Below are positions 39,030 through 52,285 of a DNA stretch of 64,000 bases, piece by piece. Where the stretch lies: NCBI RefSeq assembly GCF_018350175.1, contig NC_058368.1:159838001-159902000 (forward strand), written 5' to 3'. The notes under the pieces were generated by a model. The model did not search any database and was not told the DNA's origin. It saw only the letters and a list, made by a program, of their open reading frames with translations. A program made the position numbers and the translations under genes. Positions within the stretch are counted from its first letter, which is position 1. Each line of letters begins with the position of its first letter. Origin of the DNA: Felis catus (Eukaryota).

Positions 39030-39758
39030 CTTTTTTTTTCTCCCAAATTTTTATTTAAATTCTATTTAGTTAACATATAATATTATTTTAGTTTCAGGAG
39101 TAGAATTTAGTGATTCGTCACTTATATATACACCCAGTGCTCATCATAGTAAGTGCCCTCCTTAATACTCTTCAGCCATTTAGCCTATCTCCCACCCACC
39201 TCCTTCCATCAACCCTCAGTTTGTTCTCTACAGTTGAGTCTCATGGTTTGCTTCCCTCTCTCTTTGTCCCCCTTCCCTTATATTCATCTGTTTTGTTTTT
39301 TAAATTCTACATATGAGTGAAATCATATGGTATTTGTCCTCTGACTTATTTGGTTTAGCACCTCTAGCTCCATCCACATGATTGCAAATGGCAAGATTTC
39401 ATTCTTTTTGATAACTGAGTAATATTCCATTGTGTATGTGTGTATATATATATATATATGTACATATGTGTGTGTATATTACACATACACACCACATCTT
39501 CTCTATCCATTCATCAGTTCATGTACATTTGGGCTCTTTCCATAGTTTGGCTATTGTTGATAATGCTGCTATAAACATCAGGTGCATGTACCCCTTCAAA
39601 TCTGTATTTTTGTATCCTTTGGGTAAATACCTAATAGTGCAATTGCTGGATCTTAGAGTATCTCTATTTTTAACTTTTTGAGGAATGTCCATAATGTTTT
39701 CCAGAGTGGCTGCACCAGTTTGCATTCCACTAACAGTGTAAGAGGTTCCCCCTTTCTC
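39030..39758 (-). mobile_element. Antisense L1 3' fragment nested in the second L1
   Basis: Poly-T followed by reverse-complement carnivore L1 3'UTR; host L1 resumes at ttgacatcggtcttagc. Confidence 0.88.
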
Positions 39759-40004
39759 TTTGACATCGGTCTTAGCAGTATTTTTTTGGACAAGTATCCT
39801 CAGTCAAAGGCAACCAACGCTAAAATGAAGAAATGGAAGTACATCAAATTAAAAAATTTTTGCATAGCAAAAGACACCATGAATAAAACAAAAAGGCAAC
39901 CCACTAAATAAGAGAAGACTTTTGCAAATAATACACCTGATAAAGAGTTAATATCCAAAATACAGAAATAACTCACTCATCTTAATATTTAATTTTTTTA
40001 ATTG

Positions 40005-40203
40005 TTTTAAGTTTATTTTTTTGAGAGAGATAAAGAGTGAGTGGAAGAGGAGCAGAGAGAGAGGGAGAGAGAGACAGAATCCCAAGAAAGCCCCACACTG
40101 TCAGCGCAGAGCCAGATACGGGGGCTTAAACTCACAAACCTTGGAATCATGACCTGAGCTGAAACCAAGAGTCTGATGCCCAACCGAGTCACCCAGGACC
40201 CCC
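40005..40203 (-). mobile_element. SINEC
   Basis: Reverse-complement SINEC body and head. Confidence 0.9.
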
Positions 40204-40495
40204 TAAAAAAAAATAAAAATGAACAGAAAACTTTTTCAAAGAAGACATATGGATGACCAAGAGGTACATGAAAAGTGCTCAACATCACTGACCATCATAA
40301 AAATGTAAATAAAAACCACCACGAGATACAGCATTGCACCTATCAAACTGGCTGTTGCAAAAAAAAAAAAAAAAAAAAAAAAAAAAGTGTTGGCCAAGAT
40401 GTACAGAAAAGGGAACCTTTATACACTAGTGGTGGGAATATAAATTGGTGCAGCCACTATGGAAAACAATATAGAAGTTCCTCAAAAAATTAAAG

Positions 40496-40616
40496 TGGTT
40501 TCTGAGTGGCTCAGTCAGTTAAGTGTCTGACACTTAGTTTTGGCTCAGGTCATAATCCCATAGTAGTAGGATGAGCCCCACGTCAGGTGCCATATTGAGC
40601 ATGGATCCTGTTTAAG

Positions 40617-40664
<48 letters not shown>

Positions 40665-40714
40665 CTTCTCCTCCAAATCTATCTTTCTCTAAAATAAATA
40701 AAATGAAAAAAAAT
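40496..40714 (+). mobile_element. SINEC (older)
   Basis: gtggctcagtcagttaagtgtctgac head, (CT)n, A-rich tail. Confidence 0.88.
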
Positions 40715-42736
40715 AATTGAAAATAGAACCACCACAAGATCCAGAAATTCCACTTCTATTTATCTGAACAAAAACAAAAACACCAATTCAAAGAAATATA
40801 TGCACCCCTATGTTCAGTGCACCATTATTTACAATAGCAATGATGTGGAAGCAACCCAAGTGCTCATCAATAAATGAGCAGATCAAGTAGAATGTGGTAT
40901 ATACATACATACAAGGGAGCATTACTTAGTCATACAAAGAATGAAATCTTGTGATTTGTGACAGCATGTATGAACCTAGTGGTTATTATGCTAAATGAAA
41001 TAAGTCACGTAGAGAAAGACAAATACCATATGATTTCTTACATGGAAACTAAAATACAAAATAAAATCAGATTTACAGATACAGGAAACTAACTGTTGGT
41101 TACCAGAAAGGGGAAGGGGCTGGGAGGGCAGGCAAAATAGGTGAGGGAGATTGAGAGTCACAAAGTAAAAGAGTCATAGGGATGAAATATACAGCATAGG
41201 GAATACAGTCAATAATACTGTAATAACTTTATACGGTGAGAGATGGTAACTAGACTTATGGGGATCATTTCATAACGTAAAAATATTGAATCGCTATCAT
41301 GCACACCTCAAATAGAATATTATATGTCAATTATACATCAATAAAAAATAAAATAATTTGGCAATGCCAAGGGAAATAGTGCTACTTGATGGCACAAAAG
41401 GCTTTCAAAGCCTTTACACAGGAAGCAGCAAGGTAGTAACCACTGCCGAGGACAATAAATTTATTTTCTAGCAAGATCTTCTTCTGAGCTGTCAATAACA
41501 ATGCCATTAATACATTGTTGGTGATTTGTGCAGTAAGGACTATGGAGAGATCTATTCATTTGTTCATTCTAAGTACAAGGGATAGATTCTGAGCCATGAA
41601 TGTTCATCTTCCATCTTGGGAATAAAAAGGAAAGAGTAGTCAAATAACTGGGATGGCACAAAATATAAGATTCTGAGTTTTCTGTCAAATTGGAAATTTG
41701 GTTGACATTTGGAGGTTGGGAAATAGGTGAAAGTTTATTTGGGGAGCTGGGAGGAAAGGAAGATATGTTCATTTTGGGGAAGTGGCAAACCCTTGAGCTA
41801 TTCCTAGAACTAAATTTGCATTTATGCCCCTATGAATGTTCCAGAATCTAGGTCTGGGTCAAAGTTCCAAAGACACCTAAGTTAGACTTATCCATAAGGG
41901 GGATGAACTTGGTACCAGGGCTTCTAGAAAAATGAGTGAGACCAAATGCAAAAGTTGCGCATACCACATGACTCCTGCTTGTCTCCTCATGGTAATGCCC
42001 CAGAAATCTCAGCATAAATTCTGTAAGGCCCTAACTCAGAGTAATGCTGACCTGCAAACAACTATTTGCCCTGGACAGAACCTTAGGGATGAAGAGTGGC
42101 CTGGGGACAGGAAGAACTCTGAAGAAAAGCTGCTACCAGAGAAATTATTGCAGATTTCTGGTCATGTATTATGCCCTTCAGCAAATAAGAGTCCCAGTAG
42201 AGTATCCAGCTTTGGGAAAGGACACTCTAAAATGTTTTCATTGACTGGGTTGCACATAGAGTGTTTGGAGACAGGTCCCTGCAGTGCTTATAACGTAACC
42301 TTAGCTCTTGTCTGCAGATCCCTTCCAATTGTTCAGACTAGGCCAGGGATAGCATTCTGAACTCTTCAGAACTGCTTGCAGTAGAAAATGGCAAAAGGAA
42401 GGCAGCCTAGCCTGGTGGTTGAACAAGTCTTTCCACTCTCTGATCTTACAATTTTTTCAAAGGTAATAAGTGAGAGGAGACAAATGTGAGAAATTGCACA
42501 CAGACGCTCAATAAAAAAGCAACATGGACAAAAGTTAATGAAAAGATGTTGAAAAGGACTATAAAAATAACAGAACTGGGAAGAAGAAAGTGACAAAGAA
42601 GTAAACAGTGAAGGAGGTACAAGTGAAAAAAATTGTACATAGCTAATAAAAACACAGAATGGAGTTATAAAAATGCAGGGCAATGCTGGAGATATTTACG
42701 AAGAAAAGTAGTGGCGTAGAGTAATCCCATATCCTC

Positions 42737-43640
42737 TGTATCAGTCAAGGTTCTCCCTGAAATAGAACCAATGGAATATATAATATATAACAACATGTAC
42801 ATATATAAATATAGATAGGTACAGATAAACTGTGTATATAACCAAATGTGTATGTATATACATGTGTCTGTGTATACACACATATATATGTAGATGTATA
42901 TGTAAAAACACAACAGTTGACCTTTAAACAACACAGGTTTGAACACAGTAGTATATGGGTCTACTTAGGATTTTCCTAATATTTTCTCTAGCTTACTTTA
43001 AGAAAGTGGAATATAATGCATATACAAAATATGTGTTCACAACTGCCTATGTTATTAGCAAAGCTTTCAGTCAATAGTAAGCTATTAGTAGTTAAGTTTT
43101 GGGGCAAAGTTATATGTGGATTTTTTACTGTGTTGGCAGTTGGGACCTCCAGGCCCCATGTTGTTCAAATGTCAGGGATGTGGGGTGAGGGAAGGGAATT
43201 TGTAATAGAAATTTACTCATGCAGTTATGGAGTTTGAAAGGCCCACATTCTGCCATCTGCAAGCTAGAAAACTAGGAGAGCCAGTGGTGGAATTTAGTCT
43301 GAGTCCAAAGGTCTGAGAAATGGGGAACAGCTGGTATAAGTCCAAGACTCTGAAGGCCTAAGAAGCAGCAGCCCCAATATGCAAGGGCAGGAGAAGATGG
43401 ATGTCTCAGCTCTTGAAGAGAGAGAGAATTCACCCTTCCTCCACCTTTTCATTCTATTCAGGTCCCCCCAGTAGATTAGATAAAGCCTACACACATCGGT
43501 GAAGACAGATCTCTACTCATTCTACTGAATCCAATGCTAATTTCTTCCAGATACACTCACACAGACATATCCAGAAGTAATGTTGTACAGTCTGGACATC
43601 TTTAGTCCACTAAAGTTGACATATGAAATTAAAAATCACA
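42737..43640. mobile_element. MLT2-like (ERVL) solo LTR, interrupted
   Basis: Hallmark ends ggttctcc..gaaatagaaccaat and aagttgacatatgaaattaaaaatcaca; internal TA-rich tract. Family recalled from memory. Confidence 0.75.
42914..43175. mobile_element. Tigger2a-like (TcMar) non-autonomous DNA transposon inside the MLT2 LTR
   Basis: Degenerate terminal inverted repeats cagttgacctttaaacaaca and tgttgttcaaatgtcag; internal gctattagtagttaagttttgggg. Confidence 0.75.
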
Positions 43641-45304
43641 TCCTCCTTTCATATATTTGCTTTTAAAATTTATTATACATCTCTTAGGCATTGGAAGGGG
43701 TAATAACTGATCAAGACTCTATGATGTCCTCAACACAATCCAATTTGAACTACCTCAAGCACAAAAGCACGAGGGATTTATTGTAAGGTTTCAGAAGTAT
43801 CTTATGCAACCCCAAGGGCAGGAATGGAGCCAGACCCACAAGGCTGGAAACTGCCTGGAAAGCTGTTAGGGTCTCATTTCTGCTTTTGATTCTACAAGCA
43901 CTTTTTATTCTCTCACTCTGCAAGCCGGTTTCTCTACTTCACAGGAACTCTTATTGGAACGTGGCCAACTGTGGTTCCAACTACCTGCAGAGAGTTTACA
44001 TTCTTCGGAGCAATCTCTTTGTTAGGTGAACATAACACAAAATGGGCAGTGAGCCTCTCCCTCACCTCACCACAGACCTTCATGAAATTTTGGCACTTTG
44101 GTGCTCTACAACTTTGGTGTTGCCCACTTTATTCAGTTTCTGAGAGGAAGGAAGGGAGGAAGGAATAATTCAACTTAGTAATGCCACAAGAGTAGAACTA
44201 GGACTGAAATTAGAAGAAACAAAGAAGGAAAGAGTCAAGAATAAGTTGACAGATGTAACTGAGATCATTGTAAAGACTCCAAGCTCGTGGTAGCCACTTT
44301 TTTTTTGACCCTAACCTATTAAGAATACCAACACGGAGGCTATGTGAAAGGGAAAAATACTAGAACTGGACTGATCCTACACCAACAGAGGGAAGCAAAG
44401 GGATTTTTTTGATCATCTATCATGTCAATGCAGGCACTTTGCAAACTCAATGAGATTTGAAGAAAATGAGCAGAGAGGTTGACTAATTAGGGTGTGATCA
44501 CCAAGCAGTAAGGGGTGGAGCTTGTTTACATTAGCATCCAGGCTCACTGAGATTATCAAGTCAATGCTTGCCATGTGAAACCATGCTCAGTCCAATAATG
44601 TTTTATTGTTGTATATGATTTAAAGTATAGTTACCTACCTGAAAGAAAATGCTAAGACAGTCTATTAAAAATCATTTTTTATGAATTAGTAAATACTACA
44701 AATTATCATTTTGTTAGTTAACAATGCATCTAAAATATTTGAGAATATTATCATAAGAAGATAAATCACACACCCATAATCTTAGTTAAATACTTTATTT
44801 AGTTACTATAAAAATGAACCTCACCATCCTGTTTGAATCAATAGGGTCAAAAAATTTTAAATATTTAGACTGTTTTATATATAAATACTGATATAAACTC
44901 ATGTGCATGTATATAACATCAATAAAATCTTATATAAATATCAACAATACTAATCACCTCACAAAAATGTGCTGGAACTTGTCAACTCATCAGAATCACA
45001 TTCTTTGGCAATCATGGGATAGGACTGTAAATTCACTATATAAAATAACTCACTGCAATTGAGGACATATATTAATGCGTAGAAGAATTGGATTGAGGGT
45101 AATATTAAAGGGAAGAGTTATTCAGTTAACAAATGTTTGTTGAATACCTACTAAATACAAAACACTGTTGAATGCTAGAGATTCAAAGCTAAATAGTCTT
45201 TTTTTTTTTTAAGCTAAATAGTCTTATTTCCTTACCTAAAGAAACTTACAATCTAGGATACACATTTCTATAATGTGTATCCACGGTTTCAATTAAGTAA
45301 AGTA

Positions 45305-45810
45305 ACTTGTCTCATGGTTCTATGGATTAGCTGGGCTCAGTGGGGTGGTTCTTCCTTGGGATCTCTCATTCAGTGGTAGTTAGAGATCAACTGAGGATAC
45401 TGTGATCTAAATGCTCACTTGGGCTGGACATCCAAGATGGCACACTCAAATGGCTGATAGCGACTTCACTGGGGGATCAGCTGGGGCTGCTAACTAGAGT
45501 ACCTGCACATGACTTTTCTATGTTGACTTTGCCTTGGGCTTACATACATAGCATGGCAGCTCTAAGAGGGAGACAGTATAAAAGCAGAGAAGATAAATAA
45601 AATGGAGTTAATGGCTATACCAGGAACTAGCACAGTGTCACTTCCACTATATACCATATGTCAGAGCAATCACAGGGCTTATTCAAACACTGTATAAGAA
45701 AATAGAGAAATAAACCATCTCTTGGTAAGAAAGTATAAAAATCATAGTATAGAAGATAATGTAGGATTAGAGTTATCTTCAGACATCTTTGGAAAATACC
45801 ATCTGACACA
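45305..45810. mobile_element. MLT1-like (MaLR) LTR fragment
   Basis: Motifs gctgggctcag..., gggctggacatccaagatggc and gtgtcacttccact resemble MLT1 consensus; subfamily uncertain. Confidence 0.6.
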
Positions 45811-48800
45811 GATACAAAAGCATTGTTTTGTCAAATGATTTATTTCAAATCATTTTAACTTACTATTAAAACTTTGTATGCAGTAAATTACTATCTATCT
45901 AGCAAATGAAATTATCCTATCTATACTTTCCTGAGGGAAAGAAAGAAATGCCTCATTTAGGGAAAGAACCCCCTAAAAATAGTAAGATAATACTAGTTTG
46001 TGTCTAACATGTGTATCACACACACACCCCCCACATAGAACAAAAACAAGTCTTTAATACGCAGGGCAAGATAATAAATCCAAACACAACCTTCACTGAT
46101 AATGAATCTAAGTGCTTATCTTAGAGTGTTGTATCCTTTCAGCTCTTCATCAATTCAAACTGAAATTAATCTATTGAAATCATGTATATGATACTGTTAC
46201 ATGTTTTAGACTATATAATCATGTCTTCTTGGCATTTACAACCTATGTCCAAGAGGAGAAAAATGCTCTCTCTCCTTCATGAAGAGTCTTAACAATGGTT
46301 AATGTGTCTATTACTGAGTGTTTGGTTTTTGGCTCTTTCCCCCCACCCCCAATGGCTACCAAAAAAAAATTACACAAAATACAGAATTGAGTGAACTGCC
46401 TCTTAACCTGCATTAATTTTGAAACAGTTTCAAGCATCTCTTCTTGCTCATCAATAGACATGAGATCACTGTAAAAGTCTCAAAATTTTTCCTATAATGC
46501 TCTGTATAAAATAGAAATGTGAATCATAAATTTGGTGAAACTTCCATCAAGTCTTCATTTTTGAATAGGGTCATTAGATAGGCATGGAAAACCCAAAAAT
46601 ATCCCCCTGCTTAAAAATGTCTTCCTAGGTCTCTACATATTTTAGTCTTCTTATAAAGACAACTTACTTAAGTGGAGACTTAGAAAATCCCAGATGGTAA
46701 ATATATAGGTTCTTCCATGGCCAGAAGAAAGAAAAGTCTATTAAAATATTGCAGTTTTTCTGAGAAGAACCACCTCCTCCCTCACCTTTTGGTACAGAGG
46801 AGAGAAGTCTTTCTTTCACCTCATGTTCTCCATGAGCAAAAATTCAGTCCTCTTTCCTAGCTCTCATCCCCAGTGTAAGCCTTGCTGTCATTTATCAGTA
46901 AAGACAGTCCTGATAGCTTCCAAGCTCTCTGAATGATGAGGTTAGAAAAAAGTAGAAGGTGGCTGATTCACTGGAGGGCATGTTGAATCGATACCCAGCA
47001 TGTGTTGGGTATGCAAGTCAATGAATTCTGGGAGAGGGCTCAGGTGGCTCACTGAAGAAGGTTTCTTCCTTGGGCTACCTTTGACCTCAATTTAAGCAAT
47101 TTATTTATAGTTGGGATAATGTAGTGATTATATGACCTCAAAGTAAATTGAACAAGCCCATTAACAATGCAATAATCACCCATTATGAAGCCCATTTTTT
47201 ACAAGAACGATGCATTTATCTCTTGGATAGAACTTGATAGGGACCAAGATGGTAGAAGTGTGGGGAAAAATTTCAGAAACAAACATAAACGGTTTGTTTT
47301 CTGAGGAATAAATAGGTCAGGGTTCCAAACACTCCATTTCATTAATCAACTTGGCAGGAGCATCAACAAGCTCAATTGTAAATTATTAAAATGGGAAAAT
47401 AATACGCCCAAAGAGGTGGGAAGAGTGGTCTAAATTTTGTAACATTTTAAAATACTCTTAATAAATTCTTCACTGACTGTGCAAGTAATATGTTGGGTAA
47501 CACTTTTTTTGGCCAAAAAAAAAAATCTCAAGGATTTATTTCTTCATTACAGACTATATATCCCTTATTATCTGGAGAATCTTACTTCACTTCTCAAGTG
47601 TACTGAACTACACTGATCCACTTATAAAACTAAACTGATCTCAGTTATCCTTGTTCATGATGCTAAAAATGAATTCCTTAAGGTCATATTGTGTTATATT
47701 GTCCATGCATTTTGTTGTGCCATTCTCAAAAATATCTGGGTTACTAAAAATAATTTTGGTAAAACAATTAAATCACTTAATGAAAATTGGATATAATATG
47801 CAAAATATTCAGAGAATAAAGGAACATTCTTTTTACTCTACCCACAGAATATGAAAACAATGAAGAGAGGCAATAACTAACCCCAAACTCTTGCTCCAAG
47901 GACAGGCAAGCGATGTTTCAAATGGGTACAGATGGATATCTAGGACATTCATTTTCCAAGCCCTGAGCCTTCAACACCTCTGTCTCCTACGTTGGATGAC
48001 TCAATGCTACAGTCTGGTTTATCTAGTCCCCACTCACCTGGAGCTCTTGCTTAACTAATCTATTATGTACAATAAGAGGACTTTCCCAGAAACACTTCTA
48101 CAACCTCCTCCTCATGCAATATTTTACATGAAAGCTCTCCCTTCGACCCCTTACTCAGCATAATACTGTATCCTGTGTAGATTAATATTGCATTTGTCTG
48201 AGGATCAGTTATCTGCAAAACTCTGCTATCCAGAACACAACCATGATTAAAGAGTAAGACAAGAGGTCAGGTGAGCCAAAAAAGGAATCTTACAGAGCAT
48301 GTACACAAAATTGTGCATTTTACCCACCCTCTGGTCATCGCTCGGGGCTTATTTACTTCTATGTTAGGTACAATTCTTACATCCCAATCAGCCAACTTCT
48401 TATTCACCATCGGAAGGAAAACAACATATATACAGAGGGAAAAGAGAAGGCTAAGAGAAGCGGCACACACACAGTAATAAAAAAGAAACCGGACAACTGC
48501 TTGGATGCAGAAGTGAGAACTTCAAAACATACATCAGAATAAAAGACACATCATTGTGAAGCAGAGTGCAGGAGCAGACAAGCTTATGCATCTCACCATC
48601 CCCTGAGGCCATTGGTGATGTTCACTGTGGTGGAACTGAGTCATCCAAAAGAGGTTAAGTTATATTTTGAATTTACCCAAATAAGAAGGCAAAATGTGTA
48701 TCACCTATTATATAATGTTTTTCAATAAAATGGCTGAAATCACTCATTAAGTGGATTTTGAGTGTTTATCATGTGCCAGGCTCCGCTCCCAACCCTGTCT

Positions 48801-49364
48801 TTTGTTTTTAATTTTAGGTAACTGAGTCCTGGAAGATAAGCTGCCTTCCTAAGGACATTCTCCAAGTCAGTCCTAGACTAAGCCAGGCCATAAAGATAGT
48901 CTGTAACCAACCCAGCGGTCCACCTTCTGTAGTTTGCTGCAGACCCAGATTGCTCTCAATGGTATATTTATGATGTGACTGAAAAGGATAATGACACATA
49001 GGCCAATAAAACCTGTTGCTTCAATAACTGCGAGAAACTTTGGGGAAACAATAGATATTAGGACCCAGGGATGTATTTATCTCTGCTCTTCATATAAGGA
49101 ACAATACTAGCTCTTGCTTGTAAGTTATGGGCTCTATGAATCATATAACTGATTGCCTTTCTATTTTGTCTTGGAAGCAGAAAGCTCAAAGCTAAGACTG
49201 TGATTCTCCTTCCTATTAACGTAAAGGATTTCATGGGCATGTTTTTGTGTACTGCATTTTGTCTTCAAACCTTTGTTTTCCATATGTCTCATCCTCCTCA
49301 CTTATTTTGACTTTATGTCTTTTTTTGTTATGTTGTTTTATTTTTAAAAACTTGTATGGGATTT

Positions 49365-49500
49365 GCCATGTGCTGGACACTGTTCTAAGCACTTTACAAA
49401 TATTAACTCAATGATTTCTCATAATTATGCCATGTAGTAGTACCTACTATTATATCCACTTAGAGGTGATTAAAAACTGAGGTTCTGAAAGATTAGTGTA
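49365..49500 (-). mobile_element. MIR fragment
   Basis: tgtgctggacactgttctaagcactttacaaatattaactca...aaactgaggttc is typical MIR core sequence. Confidence 0.65.
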
Positions 49501-51242
49501 ACATCAGTGATTTGATGTTTCAGAGTATACTTCTTCCTGGACTTCTGAGAGATATGTTTCCCACTTCCTTATTTAGAAATCTATAGCATCTATAAGTGCT
49601 CTAGTGAATGGCCTCCGTCATTCATCTTATTGCTTTATTAAGCAATTAAGCAATTAAGTCCTGTTAGCTGCCTGAAACTAAGTATTCCACGTCTTCAAAA
49701 TTCCTGAGAACTCGGGAACAGGATTTCCGTGAGTATTTTAAGGATTCTTTTTGAGGATTTTAGCGCAACATGCTGTGAATACTTTCTTGAATTATTAAGA
49801 ATCATGGGACATCTGGATTAATTAGCAGGGCAAATCTGAATGAGTCTTTTACTCCCAAAGTACAGTGCTCTTCTCCTCCTGGGTTGATATTATGCCCTTG
49901 ACTTTGCCTGTGGACAATTCAGCAGCTGAAGGAGGAATTAACAGTTCAGACAAGACTAATCCCACTACCAAGAACAAAATGGCAAAGAAAATACCTTTTG
50001 ATCCCTTATTCACTTTAAAATCAGCCCAAAAATGAGAATAAAAGAAAGTCACTTTTAGATGATCCTAAAATAAATCCACATTCCCTAAACCATGTTTAAA
50101 TCAGAAGTGAATAGGGGAATGGGAATGCATTTACCAGACAAAGAAACATCCAATGCAGGTAAAGGTAGATACCAGTGGAAAACAAGTCAATTTGCACTGA
50201 ATCATTTCTGAAAACCTCAGGAAAAGGAGATACCAGGTACCAAGAAAGGTATGGGTGATTCCAGCAAGTGAACGCAATAAGAATCCAGGTCTCCCCTGAA
50301 AAACTGGTCCAGAGAAACAACCTGTAGATAACTACTCCTGGAGGAGACCAATAAAGAGTGACAAATGAACACACTACTGACCTACAGTGAAGCTTGTCAG
50401 TAAGTGGGTCAGTAAGACCCACTACTCACAGGGAGTTTTCAGTGAACCTCTGTCATGCCTACACATGAATGGGAAACCTAGGGTCACCAAGAGGTCAAGG
50501 GACACCCCTTCCTGAATGAGAAAAAACCCTCACCTCTAACCCACCCAGCCCTGCCGTGAGCTTAAAAGGTGTCAGGGAAGGGGGAGAAGCAGGGAAAAAA
50601 CAAACAGCAGAGAAGAGATTTTCAGATGTACAAGATTTCACAACCACAACCAAAGAATTGGATCCTATTTTTTTTTAATCTTGAGAACAAGTGAGGAATT
50701 CTGGAAGACAAAAAATATTACAGCAGAATTAAAGATACCCCTAGGAGACATGGAAAATAAGTCTAGGAAATCTCTAAGAAGGTAGGACAGAAAAACTAAG
50801 TAATGAACAAGAGGAGAGAAAAGGTTTGTTTGGTTTGGTTTTATTTTGAGTATCAAACCTGGATGTGAACATTGACTCTTGGGAGTTGCAGAAAGATTGA
50901 ACTAAAAAATCATTTGGAAAAGACAAAGAGGATTGAAGAATGACAAGCAAATGAAACCATGAAACAACTCCTGGTGGGGGAGTGGGGCACTACTTGGTCC
51001 ACTGAAGAAAAATACTTGAATATACTAACGGAAATACTACATGAATTTAACTAAAAAATTATGTTGTGGTTGTACCATATTGAAAAAAAGAGGTGGACAA
51101 ACTATGTAAGAGGGCAAAAATTATTATTTGCTATAAACACAGAAAATGCTTAGAATTGATGAATTAAGAGAAAGCAATAAATATATAGAGATACAAAGGT
51201 AAATACAGAGGACAAAATCTAACAATTTAAAGTGGTTGCTTT

Positions 51243-51992
51243 GTTGTTGTTGTTGTTGTTTAGCCTTTATTTCATGATCATAAACTTCACTCTGCAATCC
51301 AGCTAAACTTAGAGGAGAGTAAGGAGGACACGGGACCCATAGAACTGCGGCGGGAGCATAGCGACTCTAGATTTCGAGCAGATGGGGGCGGAGGGGCGCA
51401 CTCCCGAGCTACAGAAGGAATGGTCTGGTAGTTAAGATAAAACACGAGTCAAATTTATTGGATTTGTCCACAGTCAGCATTGGTGATCTTCCTGCTGGTC
51501 TTGCCATTCCAGGACCCAAAGGGCTCCACGACTTCCACAATGTTTGTGCCCTCCTTCACCTTGCCAAACACCACGTGCTTGCCGTCTAAACACTCGGTCT
51601 TGGTGGTGCAGATGAAAAACTAGGAACCGTTCGTGTTGGGTCCAGCATTTGCCATGGACAGGATGCCAGGACCTGTGTGGTTCAGGATGAGATTCTCATC
51701 ATCAAACTTCTCCCCGTAGATGGACTTGCCTCCGGTACCATTATGGCGTGTGAAGTCACCACCTTGGCACATAAATCCCGAGATGATCCTGTGAAAGCAG
51801 GAACTCTGTAACCAAATCCTTTCTCCCCAGTGCTCAGAGCACGAAAGTTCTCTGCTGTTTGGGGGACTTTGTCTTCAAACAGGTCGAAGGAGACGTGGCC
51901 CAAAGGCTCGCCGTCCACAGCTATGTCAAAGAACACGGTGGGGTTGACCATGGCTGAGCGGCGCGGGCGATTCCAGGGCATCAGCGTCTGTC
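51243..51992 (-). pseudogene. PPIA: PPIA (cyclophilin A) processed pseudogene
   Basis: Intronless [22 protein letters not shown]...DCGQIQ* (CDS 51951 to 51455); 1-nt frameshift near 51805; TAG at 51620-51622; AATAAA at 51266-51271 (minus); tail decayed to (AAC)n; 15-bp TSD taaagtg(g/c)ttgcttt. Confidence 0.96.
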
Positions 51993-52079
51993 TAAAGTGC
52001 TTGCTTTTAAAGAGTGGGATTTGGGGGTGAGGGACATGGATACTGTGTGGGGTTTTTTAAAGCCTTTTCATACTTAAGT

Positions 52080-52285
52080 TTTTTAAATTTTATTCTGAGA
52101 GAGAGAGAGAATGCATGTAAGCATGGGAGGGGCAGAGAGAGGGGAAGAGACAGAATCCCAAGCAGGTTCCACGCTGTCAGTGCAGAGCCCAACATGCGGC
52201 TCGATCCCGTGAAAAACCGTGATATCAAGACCTAAGCCGAAGTCAAGAGTTGGACACTCAACTGACTGAGCCACCCAGATGGCCT
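52080..52285 (-). mobile_element. SINEC
   Basis: Reverse-complement SINEC. Confidence 0.9.

Larger units (their letters stand above)
38380..41355 (+). mobile_element. Second 5'-truncated L1 (ORF2 3' part plus 3'UTR)
   Basis: DKWKDILCSWTERI-like peptide; repeats the same L1 segment as ~36030-38300 with divergence; ends in aataaa-rich tail. Confidence 0.9.

Noticed and set aside
41932..42360. 142-aa ATG-initiated ORF
   Set aside because: No recognisable homology, promoter or splice context; lies in repeat-rich intergenic DNA.
43700..43990. Possible old MLT1 LTR fragment
   Set aside because: Only weak resemblance; boundaries cannot be supported without a search.
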